From Tubiluchus corallicola (lineage: Eukaryota; Animalia; Priapulida), in assembly GCA_030141605.1 (NCBI GenBank), contig JAQGDQ010000150.1:294627-358626 (forward strand): a DNA stretch of 64,000 bases. The letters are read 5' to 3'. The stretch's first letter is position 1; each line of letters starts with the position of its first letter. Both the position numbers and the translations under genes were made by a program. The notes under the pieces were generated by a model. It saw only the letters and a list, made by a program, of their open reading frames with translations, had not been told where the DNA came from and made no database searches. Shown piece after piece: positions 1 through 13,788 of the stretch.

Positions 1-3000
1 AAGGAATTTCGCAGATCCACACAACTTGGTCTGTTTCGACAAAAGGCAGAAGCATAATTTAGTTCCGCGTCTCCAAAAAATTGGGCACGAATTTCTGGAG
101 TTGGAGGATTTGATATTATCACAGGAATGTTACAGCATTGCAGCACACAATCTTTATTATGATTGTCATTCTCCGGACCACCTCGGCACATCTTATGATG
201 CTCTGCTGAATGTGATTCTGGTGCCCTGCACAGCCTGCAAACATGACAGATTTTGTCATTCCAGTTTGAGTGACAATAAAAGCACTTACACCTTGCTTGC
301 TTATCCTCTCGACTTCCAACAGTGTCAATATCCGCTTGAGCAAAAACATGGGTTGATCTTGATGGCAGGCAATCATACCGAGATTGAGAAGAGCACTGCT
401 GGAAGTTTTCCACAGGTGCATGTGTTAATTGAAAAGGTGAACACCTTCCAACATTCTGAATGGAATGGGATTTATTGCATACCTGGCAGGTTGGTTTGTT
501 AGAGAAGTAATGCTTTGCACTACTTGGATTCACGTCACTATTACTATGGTGAATGCTGTCCTGGTGATGTCTGCTTCCTAATGCATGTGTTGCTTTAACA
601 GGCATGCCAGGAATGTGGTTGTATGACGACTGAGTTTGCTTCCAACGTGGTTTGACTGGAAATGTGAAAGAACTTGTTCTGAATTTTGGTTTTTGGATTC
701 CTAAGCCATCTGGCACAAGCTTTGATGAATCAGACCTTTGCAGTGATGAATTTGCCGAGGCCAAGTTTTTCTGACAGGAGCTGCTTTGTTGTATAGAACA
801 GCCATTATGTGGCAGAGCATATTCAGATACCACATGTGGAATTGTCCCCTTTTTCTTATCACCCATTTTAATGTGGTCAGCATCTAATGTCTTCTTCCAA
901 TCCATCTCAGTAAGAGATTGACTACGACAGTGCCCTCTATGTGGCCGCTTTAAATTCATAGACACGTTAACAGCATTGTCATGTATTTTACATTGAGCCA
1001 GCTTGTCTCCATTTGGCCCATAGTAATTCCTAGCATTGCACTTATCCATGTACTTATCTGGAGTAGCAAGAACATTTCCTGCTTCACGTAAATTTATTGG
1101 CAAGATGAAACCAGTTGTACTGTTCGGGTATGCATTCGTCGTAGATAAGTGAGAGTCTTCGACATTAACTAGCGTGTGAGAGCTGGATCCGGCAACACTA
1201 CAAAGATGTTCCATAGAAGCTGACCTAACAAGCACAATAATTATACAACTTAATTACTGCTTATCAAAGTGGGTAAAATGTTTTTGGATAATCTCTTCAT
1301 GACAGCAAAAATAAGCAAAAGTGAATGACAATAATAAACTTTTAAAGCAAATCTTGGAAATTCAAAAATTCTAAAAACACAAAATTTTGTTTACTTATTA
1401 ATAATGTAGAACTGGTATAGACAAAATAAATTGTGAAAAATGCAGACTTCTGAAAATGTTCTTCAAGGTCATAAATGTATCAATGTATAAATTCATGCAC
1501 ATAAAAATTCATTTGCTGCAAAAGCTTTGTTAAACATTGCTTACTACATTAAAAAGACAAGTAATCAAGATGATAAAGATAAGTCACAAGACTCATATGC
1601 TAGAAAAATGGATGCAGAGGCAGCAGAGCACAGGTCTTGTTAAACTTTAATAAAAAAAAGCATAACCATAATTATTATAGTGCAGCTACTTTTGAAAAAG
1701 ATAAAACCACAATTTACATCATACTTGACTTGAAAATTCTACCTTTGATGAGCAAGTTCAGCTCTAAGTTCCCTAATTTCATTCCACATTAGATCCATTT
1801 CAGATTTTGTATCAAGTGATACTGGAACTGAATTGCTTACATCATCAGTCATTACATTACGTTGTTCCTTTGCAATATCGCTTGAAGGCATGCAACCTAA
1901 ACAAAAATAGAGACTAATTTGGTGATATGCAGTTTAAATGGAAGCACAAACTAGTTCACATTTTGCAAATGATTTTGCCTTTCACATCTAATTATTTTCA
2001 GAAAAATCATTTTTACCTAAACGATACTAAATAATTCATTAAAGTTTAGGTATCTATTTAGCTTTCTAGTTTGTTGCTGACCACAGTTGCATTATAATGA
2101 TTATATACTTTACTAAGGTTACAAAGCTTATCACTGATAAACCAACCATTCTAAAAACATGCATTGAAATATTATTTAAACGAAAACAGGATAATTTTTC
2201 GTATTCTACACCAGTTTGAAGAATGAATACATTTTAACACCTCACACCACACATAATGCCAAAGCATTTCTGACAATTAAATATTAAGCTAAAGACTAAA
2301 TTAATGGTGAGCGAGAACAACTAGTGATGACATCATAAATGAACATAATTTTCATCAGCACAAACATTCCAAGAGCGAGTTGTGTGTTTGCAAGAACAAA
2401 AGTTGAAGTACAATGCTACTCTGCAACATCCAGTATAATATACAAAAACTTGGCAAATTCTAAGTTTAAAATTCAAATTTGAAGTTTACTGCTGTGCTCA
2501 CACACGAGCTCTCAAACGTGTGTACAATGATACAACCAAGCACTTCTGAACTAAGAGGTACAGCACCTGCTTTTTGTGTAACACATTTCCGAGATATAGC
2601 TGCTACTGCCAGGCTAACTACCAAATGGTGAAATGCATGTAACAGCAAAGAACTAGCCACACAAACGAGAAATTAGGTTTATAATTCTTTCACACAAGTC
2701 ATCTTAAAAAAATAGTATGTTTACTTTCAAGTATGTTACAACGCAGACTGTTTTGAGCTATAATTCAAGACTAAGTCCAGTTCTCTTTAAAAATGTAAGT
2801 TGGGAAATTGTATGCTACATAAAACAATTAAATTTCACACACAAGGATATAAATTAAAGTTACCCAGTTTACTGTTTAAAGTAGCCACAAGATTCGATGC
2901 CTCCTCATGGTGTAATAACCGAGGGGAGTTATTTACACCAGTTGAACTCGAAATTGGCGATATTTTGCCACCACTCCACATTATGCCTCCTCCACTACCT

Positions 3001-4277
3001 TCTGAATGCCCAAAACCGCTGTCTAATTCACCATACTGATTTGACTGCATAGGAGATGTACTTCCAGACAATGTTGCCATCTTAACTGATTCACTTGTGA
3101 TGTCATTATTATGAAAGTTATTGTTATCAATACATGATTCTGAGTCCACGATATTGCAATACTGTTCCAGGCTGTGTAAATAACTCTGCATAAGTTCCTT
3201 GCTGTCAACGTCAACAAGTTTTATGCCTAAATCATCATGATCGCTAGGACTTTTATATGAGACTACCTCAGTTAAAGAACTTTCACACTGCCAGTGAGGT
3301 TTGGAATTATTTTCTGTGCAACAAGCATTACGTGGGCTAATTCCCAATTTTCCATCATTATAAGACTGTGAAATTTCATGGCTTGGAGTAACACAAAGGT
3401 ATTTAGTCAATTTTGAACAATCTGTCAATACATCACATTCCTGGGATTTGTTAGACAGCACTCCACTAGAAATATTGTCTACCTCATTGACTGACTGTAA
3501 TAAAGAAGAGCCAAATGATTCTTCTTTATTCATTTGCAATTGGATTTGTGAAGCATCTTCAAAATTACCAAGATTTAGATCTTGATCATTGACGGACATG
3601 TTCATCATAGCAGGAGATTTATCAGAATTAAGAGAAACATTAAGGTCATCATTTGAAAAAGATAGTCGAGTTTGCTTCTGTTCTTCTGTCTCAGACAAAG
3701 AGTTTTTATCTTTATCTAATTCAGTTCTACTGCACATGAAAAACACTTTCTCGTGAAGCTGATCTAAATGCATTTGGATGTTTTCATCTTGATCAAATTG
3801 AAAAAACTCTAAACACGCCTCCTTATAGTCTGCCAGAAGTCTGCTAAGATCATCTTTGATTTTGAGACATGTTTCTCGTCTCTTTTTCATTGAAAGACTA
3901 TCTAAACTATCTACACGATCTTCAAAGCCTGCGATGCGAAAGAGTAAGCTCATTTTGATACTTTCTCGGCAAAAATCTTCATGCTCATTTTGTGCATGTT
4001 GGTGAATTGACACTGGACTTCTAGCCATGTCAACTTTGAGACTATCCAGTGTAGACTCTACAGCTGCATGCCGAACTAGTAGTTCCTTGTACTCCACATG
4101 TAAAAGAGCTGCATAATTCTCAGCTTCTGTTCGAAATTTTTTCTCCAATTCATAATTTGAAGTGCTGTTAAGTTCTTCAGTTTCTACTGCAATGCTTCCA
4201 TTGGCAACCTCCCCAGTAATAATGTCAGAACTTATGACTTCACTTTTTGATTCATTGCTCAGCATTTGCAGTGACAT
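1..4277 (-). CDS. AKNA-like (AKNA/AKNAD1 family) protein, spliced, 3' end outside window; coding exons 4277-2864, 1896-1743, 1224-<1
   Basis: 480-aa ORF ends at donor CTGG|GT (2864); AG/GT sites bound 1896-1743 and 1224; phases join in frame and exon 1224-1 is stop-free. Motifs LHVEYKELLVRHAAVESTLDSLK (like AKNA YxxLLxKYAEAENTIDQLR), ELDSGFGHSE (like AKNA ETDSGFVGSE), coiled coil EIRELRAEL and a CxxC motif. Gene structure is read directly; the family call is recalled similarity. Confidence 0.7.
2150..2786 (+). mobile_element. Non-autonomous Kolobok-like DNA element (intronic copy; left end approximate)
   Basis: Co-linear similarity to ~59330-59800 (e.g. ATAATGCCAAAGCATTTCTGA, CTGAACTAAGAGGTAC); ends CCAGTTCTCT followed by TTAA. 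Confidence 0.55.
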
Positions 4278-5697
4278 TCTCTGGGTTCTGTTAATTTAAC
4301 TGTAGTCCATTTAAATGGATTCCGTTAATTTAATTACATCGGTGTGAGTACAATTCATCTGCATTTTATAGCAAAATCACATCAAGTGAGCTTTTGGCAC
4401 TGAATCATAAAACTCTCAGCTTTTCTGAGAAGTTAAATTAGCATGAATATTGGTTTGTAGTTTGTGAACAGCTGCCAGCCTGCAAAGTTTGTTTATGTAC
4501 AGTGAGCTAGATTTTACTGCTCTGCTACATGATACACTGATGTAGGCTACACACTTGTAATCATATTTCTTCTCCTCACAGCTAGTGAATCCGTTTTGAA
4601 AATAATCTGTAGCTGACCTCTTCAGCACTTATACCTTCTGTTCTAGTCATGCAATTATATTACATGATAGTGCAAGCATACAACAGGAAACAGGGCTAAC
4701 AGGAAATACTTCCTTCATAATTATCATCTCTCCAACCACACAGGATGCCTCATAATGTGTAGATTCATTCAGAGAAGTTGACAACGGTTTTTCCTTGTAA
4801 GGATGCCTAATTGTGTAAACAAATAATTGTTACATATCGAGTTGCACAACTTGTGATTTTGTAGAGTATTCAGAGATAGACGCATTTCACTTTCCAGATA
4901 GGTAGATAAAAAACTGCTTTGACTCCACTTGCTTTCTGAAAATAAAACAAAACACTTCTTTGTATGCTAATGTACAAAAAAACCAAAATTTAAATAACAC
5001 GAAAAACAAATGTTTTTCTTATCAGTCTATTTTCAACTAAGTCCTCACTTAACAACACTGGTCAATCTTTGTGTTTAACTGTGTTTATGTAAAAATTAGT
5101 CATAGGGTCAATCTGCAATAAGCTTCGCTTACATAGCTTTAATCCACAGGATTACATACCTCAAAATGTGCAAGTACTATCACCACTACGCAATATAATT
5201 ACAGACTAGCATGGAATACTGTGACCATAAAGAAGATACTGGGGGATTACTTAATTTATATAGTTCAGTGCTAGCTTGTTAAAAATAATTTTTCTGCTAT
5301 TTTGCTAGCGTTAACTAGCCGAGTTGGAGATTATTATATTATAAAAGGTTTTCATTACAGCGGGACAACAGCACCCGTCAAAAACCTAAAAATAGTATTA
5401 ATAATCTTTCGTTTGACGTTTTGGATCATTTATAGTTAATAATAGTATTGCATGGTGAGCAGATGACACCATTTTTTTCTTGATGAACGTGCCAAACCTT
5501 AAAACGATCGTGACTTTAAATTCATTTTACTAACTACATGAGGTACTTATCACAATTTTATTGCTGAATTAAACTGTCTCTCATTTTTCTCAAATATTAA
5601 AATAAGCTCAATTTCCTGAGAAATTTGGCTTTTGCTTTAAAAAAAATTGCATAATTATAACTAACATGGATGAATTCTGATTCGTAACAGTGCTCAC

Positions 5698-5815
5698 TTA
5701 ACAAGCTTTGGCACATGTATGAATAGAATTAAGGTCAAGCTGAAGCACTGTGCAGTCAAACTGAGGGTTAATTTCTTTAAATAATCTAATATCATTCACA
5801 AACATTCTTATATTG
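5698..5815 (-). mobile_element. CR1/L2 LINE RT fragment
   Basis: Translation SSNIRMFVNDIRLFKEI...LQLDLNSIHT resembles the degenerate FADD region of CR1 RT. Confidence 0.5.
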
Positions 5816-5828
5816 GAAGAAACCAGAT

Positions 5829-6065
5829 GGTCCAGTCTAGTGGTAACAAATCCGCTTTCCATCTGAGAGGTCGTGAGTTCCAAACAGCGTCCGGGTCATA
5901 CTAAAAACCTTAAAAAAATAGTACTTGCTGTTGCCCAGCCTGACACGTGGTATTTATGATAAAAGTGGGGTAATAATAGTTTCTGTTACGTAGTTGTATT
6001 TTGTTATTTGAGCTTATGTTAACTGTTGATCCAAAAAGCCAACTTTAGATAAAGATTATTACTAT
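5829..6065 (+). mobile_element. tRNA-derived SINE (Meta-SINE-like central domain)
   Basis: A-box-like GTCTAGTGGTAA, B-box-like GAGTTCCAAAC, followed by GGTCATACTAAAAACCTTAAAAAAATAGTACTTGCTG core and an (ATT)-rich tail. Confidence 0.55.
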
Positions 6066-7459
6066 TATAATTACTTATAAGTTATAACGTGACAGTAAAA
6101 AGTAAAGCAATATTCACGACTTATGAATATAAATATAAATATTTAAGCTTAATATTAAATAATAAGCAATGACTAACAGTAACAGATAACAATATTTTAA
6201 ATGCAAATTGCTTACAAACGTTAGGCAGACAGATCGTACATTGTACCATGGATTGTGGGCAAGTATAGATCCATGATCACACGATTGAATGATTCGTTGA
6301 TCTTAGCCAGACTACGCTTTGCGTTCAGCTTGCCCTTCCTGTTGCATTTTTAAACTTACTTTTATAAATTCCTACGTAAAAGAAATCTACCCTAAAGACA
6401 AGTAAAAATGGTAGTTATCTAGAAAAAAACCTAGACAATACTAACCAGAAAAGGCAGAAGTCTTCAAAAGTTTCGAAATTACGTTACATTTTGTACTCGT
6501 GCTGAACGCCGTTTAACGCACTAGCCGAAACATCGTACAACACAGCCCATAATTCGAGGGCCGGTATAGCATATAGTTGCGCGAGTTTACCTTAGTGCAG
6601 CCATACAGGAACAGTGACAAAGTGGGTAAATTTAGAAGCAAGTCGAGTAACTCGAGTTCCGCGACTAGAAGTGAGCTTCCCCACCAGAAAACTGCACCGA
6701 ATCGAACCGAATTTCAGCAATTGAAAGATTTTCAAACCACGAGTGAAACGTCATGTAACACTGCCGAACAGATACTTGTATAATGCGGTTGCCTTTGATC
6801 ACCATACTCCATGCTCATATCATGGTAGAAACCAATAGAGGCATAGAATATTACTGTGTGTGCCGGCCAATAATTACATTTGAACACAAAATTACCTTTT
6901 TGTCTTTCGCTTTTTGCAATAACTGCATATACATTTGTTTCTACACACACACACACATGGCTACTCCCTTTTGGAAATAATGGGTAAGGGTGTGGTGTGG
7001 GTCAAACTTAGAGCATATGAATTTTTGGTTGTTATCGGTGCAATTATTTGGTGTGTACAATCGGTTTTTTTTACAGTTTTAAAGATCCGGGGTGAACAAT
7101 TCGTGCTGCAATCTGCCTGCACAATCAAAGTATTATTCATTAGCAAGATATCGGATAACACCAACCAGTAACAACATGTAAAATTTAAACCTGCAGGATG
7201 TGACAGTGGCTGCACGTGGATCATATCCGGGCAAGTATGTGATCAAAATACTTATCTGACCAACTAGCTTATGTATCCAAATAACCAGCGTCCAAATTAC
7301 CTTCCATACAAATGATCCTTCTGTCCAGAAGACATGTTTCTAACTATGATCCTGTGCGACCAAAACACCTATGTATCCAACTAATCTATGTGTCCAAATC
7401 ATCCTTCTGTCCAAATCGTCTTGTGTCCAAATTATTTGTATTTCAAAATATCTTATCAT

Positions 7460-8900
7460 AAATATCAAAAGCGTAATACTTCATCTGAAGTTGTGACTCT
7501 AAATGGGGGAGGTATACTGTACTGGTCAATAGTTGTAAAAGCTGTAACCAAACGATAACAGCTAGGATGATGGTCTGCATCATTAGTATTGTCCAGATTT
7601 TTTTTACAAAGCTTGGAGATACATACTCTACAGTAACACCAATATCTTCAGGCTTGGCCAGAACCCTTGCTGTTCGAGCTCGTCCATCTTATCGTGCAGT
7701 GTCTCCATGTTTATGTATGCTCTAACTCTGCCAAGATAATCAATATATTTTCCTATTTTACTGTCAAAAACATCTTGATACTGTTTTTGTAAACTGGCAA
7801 AGAGTCTCTATGTTTTCCTGCAATAAGTATACAGCCAATGGGAATATCTAATACAATACTGATATGTTTCCTAAACGGCATACCAACTAAAGCATCACTG
7901 TCAAGGTTATCTACAACCAATGCCTGTAAGTGAAATTGTAATGCCCCACAACTTACAATAATGTGAATTTCGCCACTTCGTTAAGTGGAGTTTTACCATC
8001 GGTATGTCAAGCAGAATGAGAAGTGGACTGAATAGGTGCCTGTGTTTTTATTGCAACAGCCTTTCTAATAAGGGAAGATGTAGCACCACTGTGACATGTT
8101 AGCACAATAGGATGGTGGATATATAAAACGCTGAATGTAGGAGAGCATGCCATGTCCACCCTATTGACACTGCTGCATAAGTCTTGAAATTTTTCACTTG
8201 TAGTCAATTTGCTGATTGTCAGGGATTGATCTTGGTAAACGAAAAGCTGAATTTTCGTCCACGTCTATAGTCACCCAGATTCATCTATTTCAAGTGGTTC
8301 ATTTTTCCGACGTTGTCTTTCATTATGTCATCATTCTCAAGTATATACTCTGCTTTGACACAAAAGGAATGGCCAAGGTCACATTTCTCTGCTCCAGGTA
8401 TAAAATCACAGGTTGCAATAGTTTGATGTATATAAGATCGGCTTTGCAGACTGAAAAAAACTTTTGATAACTGGAAAAAGCTGGTTTAGTCACGGGTTTA
8501 AGATTTGGACTGTAGCAAACAAGCACACGAAATCAATTGCACGATGTAAGAAACTGGGATTGGGAACAAGTCACGCATTTGCCGAGGAAGTCTTCCAGAA
8601 GTGTCATGTGAATCAGCAATCTAGGGTTGAAGATCTTTTAGTCATTCACTGATGATCATAAGCAAATATTCTAGCAACATAAGTTGGCAACTCTTCATCA
8701 ATTAATTCCGTCTAGCAAAGTACTGCTAGCCGCACAACAGTCGAACTCATGACCTCGTCATTTTTACTTGTGCACTCTTATGGAGGAGCTTGCCTTGTTT
8801 GCGTAATAAATTACGTAATTAGGTGAGCTAGAGTACGTTGATATGACTGTTCTTCAGATTCCATCTTGATAATGCTAATTTTCAAGAACAGATTGTCTGA
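7460..8900 (-). mobile_element. Degenerate Ty3/Gypsy gag-pol relic (protease and RT N-terminus)
   Basis: Minus-strand translation with stops/frameshifts: LTCHSGATSSLI (D-S-G protease-like), LQALVVDNLDSDALVGMPF, then LHDKMDELEQQG..AKPEDIGVTVEYVSPSF..YRLVTAF, typical of Gypsy RT. Confidence 0.7.
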
Positions 8901-9054
8901 AACCATAATACTTGTGAAGGAAGTCCCAAACTGATAATAATGAAATTGAGTTATTTCGAATTTCATGTGACAAGTAATGGGGAACCAACTGACTAATATA
9001 GTTCAGTATAGAATTGAGACGTTACACTTTTTCTTCTTTGGTTGAACCCAGGGG

Positions 9055-9646
9055 CAGGGGCGGAACTAGGTGTGGCAAGCAGAGGGGGGGGGGGGGCGCA
9101 AAAATTTTCTTGGGGGGGGGGGCGAGGTATCCCAAGTGGTTAAATAATGGTTAAGCCAATTTTTAACCCCTTTTATACTGCATGCAGGCCTATAATTAGG
9201 ATGTGTGTAGCAGTGTAAGACGGCATAGCGGACAGAGCAATAATGAGAAAATTAACTCTCAGTTAACCTAACGTTATTAATGTGCCTCTAACTAAATTGT
9301 TATTTACAGAAATTTATCATACACAAATTTCAAGAAAATAACACGCAGGAACTATTATATTATTGTGTCATAATTTTAACGTCGCAGCTCTTTTGCTAAA
9401 AACGTGTCGATGACTTTGTTTTCCGACACACACTCATCGTACACATCTCGCTCAATGTGAATGACTGCCAAATGATTTAACCGTTCCTCCCTCATTGTTC
9501 GACGGAGCCACGAATGCTATTATTATTCAATATTATTATTAAAATATTATTGGGCTACTGCAAAAAAAAATGTTTGTCCGATTTGGCAGGGGGGGGCGCA
9601 AATTTTGACAGGGGGCGCGCGCGCCCCCTTCTAGTTCCGACGCCCA
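9055..9646. mobile_element. hAT-like MITE
   Basis: Terminal inverted repeats CAGGGGCGGAACTAG (9055) and CTAGTTCCGACGCCC (9631-9645), G-rich subterminal repeats. Confidence 0.6.
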
Positions 9647-10235
9647 AGACTTTACGACGCCCTAGGCTGATCTTTATTGTGAATTTAGGGTTGTTCATCC
9701 AATGAGTGGACCAAACAACTACTTGTGGTGTATCAGAAACACTATTAATCTAGTTTCTACGTGGTCATTATTAATTCCATGTATTTGCATAGTGCCTATA
9801 TTCAGGTAGACTGCGCAAATGCTTGTTGTGTAATTACTCGTACCTGTTAGCTAAGTGACACTTATTAAAAGCTGCGCTCAGTAGCTGCCTGTGATGTGTT
9901 ATAAAATGCGCCCTTTACATGAAATGAAATTATACAAATTTTCCGAGGAGAATAAGGTATATTTCTGAAATGTGATGCCTTCCAAACTTTGGCGCCCTAG
10001 GCTACAGCCTAGTTAGTCTATTGGTTAATACGCCCTGGACTTGAGCCATTTACATCCGCATCATCTTCGAATCCTCAGTTTGGGCTTGCCGAGCTAGCTT
10101 GTTGCCATGTAATAATCATCTTTAAGGAATGGCAAATAGCCGGTATCTTTGCCCAAAATATTCATTAGGTTATACTTCACGTGTTAAATTTGACGAAGCC
10201 ATTCGCACGCATAATGGTACCTTTACCAATACATG

Positions 10236-11629
10236 TGTTATGAATAAATTTCGGAATCATGAATTAAGTGATTAATTAATGGAGTTAACAACTGCATTAG
10301 ATTATGTTGATAAAGAGACCTCCAAATTGGATTAGATAAATTTATTAAAAGAATATGGGAACTCACTTAGCTGATAAAGCATATATTTAATGTAAGGCAA
10401 GAAATTATCGTCACAAGAGTTTGTGTTTACAAGTAATAGAACAGGTGTTAATTTAGAGAGGAAAAGTTTGTCACGGGTGTTTGAGTTTAGGGATCGAAGC
10501 TGAATTTTATGACATGGCGTGGTTAGATTATACACCTCATGTAATTTTATGCGAGTTGCTGGACTATAATTGTGAAGGAGCAGGAAGTAGCTCTTTTCTT
10601 GAACAGAAGTTTATGACCCAAGCGACGCAAGGAGCGAAGGACGAAGGCGAGTGGCGGAGTTTTCTCATGTAAGAAGCTACGTTACCTGGCCATCTGGATG
10701 GTCATAAACCACCAAGCCACAACGGAACCTTTGAACTATTGCAACACCTCGCGCGTTCGCGCGCAAAATTACGAAGACTCCATTAGAGTATATAAGATGG
10801 TGTTTTGGAAGAGCTCGTGGTTAGTCGTTAGTCGGTCGTGAGTCGTCAGTTAATCAGTTCGGGAGAGAGGAGATCAAGTCTGGAGAGGCTACAGGAATTC
10901 TGAGAGAAGCAAAGACACGTTAGACCCAGCGTAGACAACCATCTGCGTCCTCAACGAATTGAGCACTGGATCTGCGAATAGAGTCTTGCAGCGGAATCGG
11001 AATTGACCAATTGAAGAGTTGTCGTTGGTCATTCCACCAAGTTAAGTGAACTTAACCTATCGTAACTTGAGAGCAACTCTGCATAGTAGCTTCATCACAG
11101 TAATAGACACCTTAAGTGTGACGTGTAGTTGATTGTAATTATGTTTCACATTGTAAATTAGCACCTTAAGTGCGAAGTGAGAAAATAGTTAAGTGAATCT
11201 GATTAGTGTCTCTCGGAGCTAATTATAAATTGTGAGCGTCTTTGGCGATTAAGATCATACATTGTAATATTAGTTGACTAAGAGTAATTGCTGTAAACAA
11301 TAAACGGAATTCGCTTTAACTTAAATGAATAGTTTGAGTAAGCTTATAGGTGTTTCAGTTAAGCAACATTAAATTCTGTAAACGAATCTGAAGATTTGCT
11401 GTGTACATTAAGTAATTTACGAGTTCAATTGCGGGAACTTTTGCTAGTAAGCTTTAGAGATTAACACTCTTTCACAGCGCGGAGTCGTAGAAACAATCTT
11501 GTGAGAAGTTATCATTGCTCTATAGATTTTACCATAAGCTCTAGTAGCCAGGTTGTGCATAACCTTATAGCAATTAGTGTAATAGACGCAAATCACTCTT
11601 TAAGTCTTAGGTCACGTGTTATACGATCA
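10236..11629 (+). mobile_element. Solo LTR (Gypsy-type), ~1.4 kb
   Basis: TG...CA termini flanked by CATG on both sides (4-bp TSD), internal TATA-like GTATATAAG (~10788) and AATAAA (~11299); no ORF. Confidence 0.6.
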
Positions 11630-13286
11630 CATGCAAGAGATAAGAATCAATATTAATTAGAGAGATTAATATTACATGACAAAATTAATAAAGACAATAC
11701 AATAACTGGTGAGCCGTGACTAAGATAAGAAGACTATACATGTGTCGACTTGGTACTGTCCACGGTACACCCGTCGCAGCAGTAGTAACGAAGCCTATAA
11801 TTCTGACAATATAAGTTTATTTTGACAACTGCCACCATGACAATACGTAAAACTGTAAATGCAAATGCTTCATTAAAACGAAAAAGTGAACAAACAGTAC
11901 ACCAGCCCAAAGTGCAACACAAAATTAGGCTACAGAGACAAGTTGCAAAAACGGACAAAATCAAATCAATACACTAGCAGGGTGAGGGCCTAAAAGAATG
12001 TTATTGACAAGAACACTACGCAACCACTGACATTGGCCTGGCAGTTCACACAGCACTTAAAACAAGCATTAAGAGAACACCAGAGAGATTACGGTCAGAG
12101 CCTCAGAAGTCAGAGGTCATTCAAGCCATATCTTGCTGGATAGTATTGTCTACTCTATACTAAAAATAATTATCTTATTTCAGAAAGTGTCTAGTTCAAT
12201 CAAGTTAGTAATAATAATTTATCAACCTGTTCCCTGGACCTGCAATGCAGTAAATCACTAACTTCTCGCCCCTCTCAAACGCAGAAAATAAATTTGTTCA
12301 CCATTCTGAAATAAAGTAATTCTGGGGAGCTAAAATGAATCTCTGCCTTACTGAGATTCAAACATCCAATTTGTGCACCAACTTTGTTTACGCTATATTT
12401 ATATATTTCTGTCCCAGTGCGTTAAGCAGAAGCAGCAAATTCCAGGATTTTGTACTGAACTGTAATAGACAATCTATTTGATAGTTCTATTTAAAATTTG
12501 AGAGTTAAGTGTCATAAACATATTAAAAAGTGCAATCACATGAAACTTGGTAAGGTGAATTTTCATTGAGCCAGAATTTCAATAGTACAGCACTACTATG
12601 TAAAATGGATACAAATTAAGCAGCAGCAATTGCTGTTCATGCTGCTCAAATAATAAGTTAATCTATGCATTATGCATCTGCCATATCAACAAAAAAAAAT
12701 GAAAATAGTCCGAGCAAGAGCAGGAGAGAGAGAGACTGCTTACAAGTAATAGTTACAGGTACAACAAGCCTCTTATAAACTGCAGATCTGTGACTGACAG
12801 TGGCTTGTAAAAGCTAAATTTATCACTGCCATGCATAATTAGGGTAACACACTCCCCTGCAGTTGAAAAGTTTGCATTTATTAAGCGATGCTAACCACAT
12901 GGAACCATCATTGTAATACAATAAATGAGTTTTCCTGAGTTTTTTCTACAACAGTGTCAAAATTGCTACTGCTTATACAATAGTTTTTTTTTAACACATC
13001 AATGAATAATTACACAAGACACAAGATGTTATAATTATGAGTGTAATGTAATTCAAGTGCTTTGTTTCACATGTACAAGAATGCCCATGAATGACACCTG
13101 AAAGTTTTGACTTTAACAAACAAGAACTGCTGTGTAAAAAACAACAACATCAATATTAACAATCTCATCAGCAAAACCAATTTTTTGTCACTAAAGTAAT
13201 TTCTCTTCTGATGCTGCCTTATAGCATATTCAAAAATCACTTATAAGATTATTTTAGTGATTTTAGGAACAATTTTATTGAGGCTA

Positions 13287-13457
13287 TAGTCAAACACCCC
13301 TTTATAACGTTAAACTCGCTCAATGCCCTTTTGGCAAAACAAAGTGTTCGTATTTGGTTAAACATGTATGTTTTAATGCACCTCATTATAATGCCAAACT
13401 CGCTTAATGCCAACCTTTTCGCAGTCCCAAAGTACACGGTACAAAGAAGTCTGACTA
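13287..13457. mobile_element. Tc1/mariner-pogo-type MITE
   Basis: TIRs TAGTCAAAC... / ...GTCTGACTA flanked by TA; internal repeated AAACTCGCT(C/T)AATGCC. Confidence 0.55.
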
Positions 13458-13788
13458 TAATGAAATAGATGTTGTATTTTTAACAACAACTTCAAAATTT
13501 TGTAGTTATAATAAAACTGTGAAATTAAATGAAGATGAGAAAATTTACTCAGCTTCATCTTTTTTAGAGACTTAAATAAGGTCTTCTCTGTATTTAACCA
13601 AATACAGTCTTAATTGTTCGAGTATTCCACCATGTACAACGTTCCATTGGCTAATGTAGCCCCTAATCCGGTAAAGCATGGCTTGCCTTTCCATCGTGAT
13701 ACCTTGCGCTTAAGTTAAATTAAAAAATAAATAAATTTCCATTTTTCTCACATGTATTTTTCAATCTTGAAAACCATAGCATGCTATG

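Noticed and set aside
26-502. 158-aa plus-strand ORF
   Set aside because: Antisense shadow of the long minus-strand exon 1224-1.
7230-7445. CRISPR-like spaced repeats (TGTCCAAA)
   Set aside because: Short degenerate minisatellite units in eukaryotic DNA; no constant repeat/spacer structure and no cas genes.
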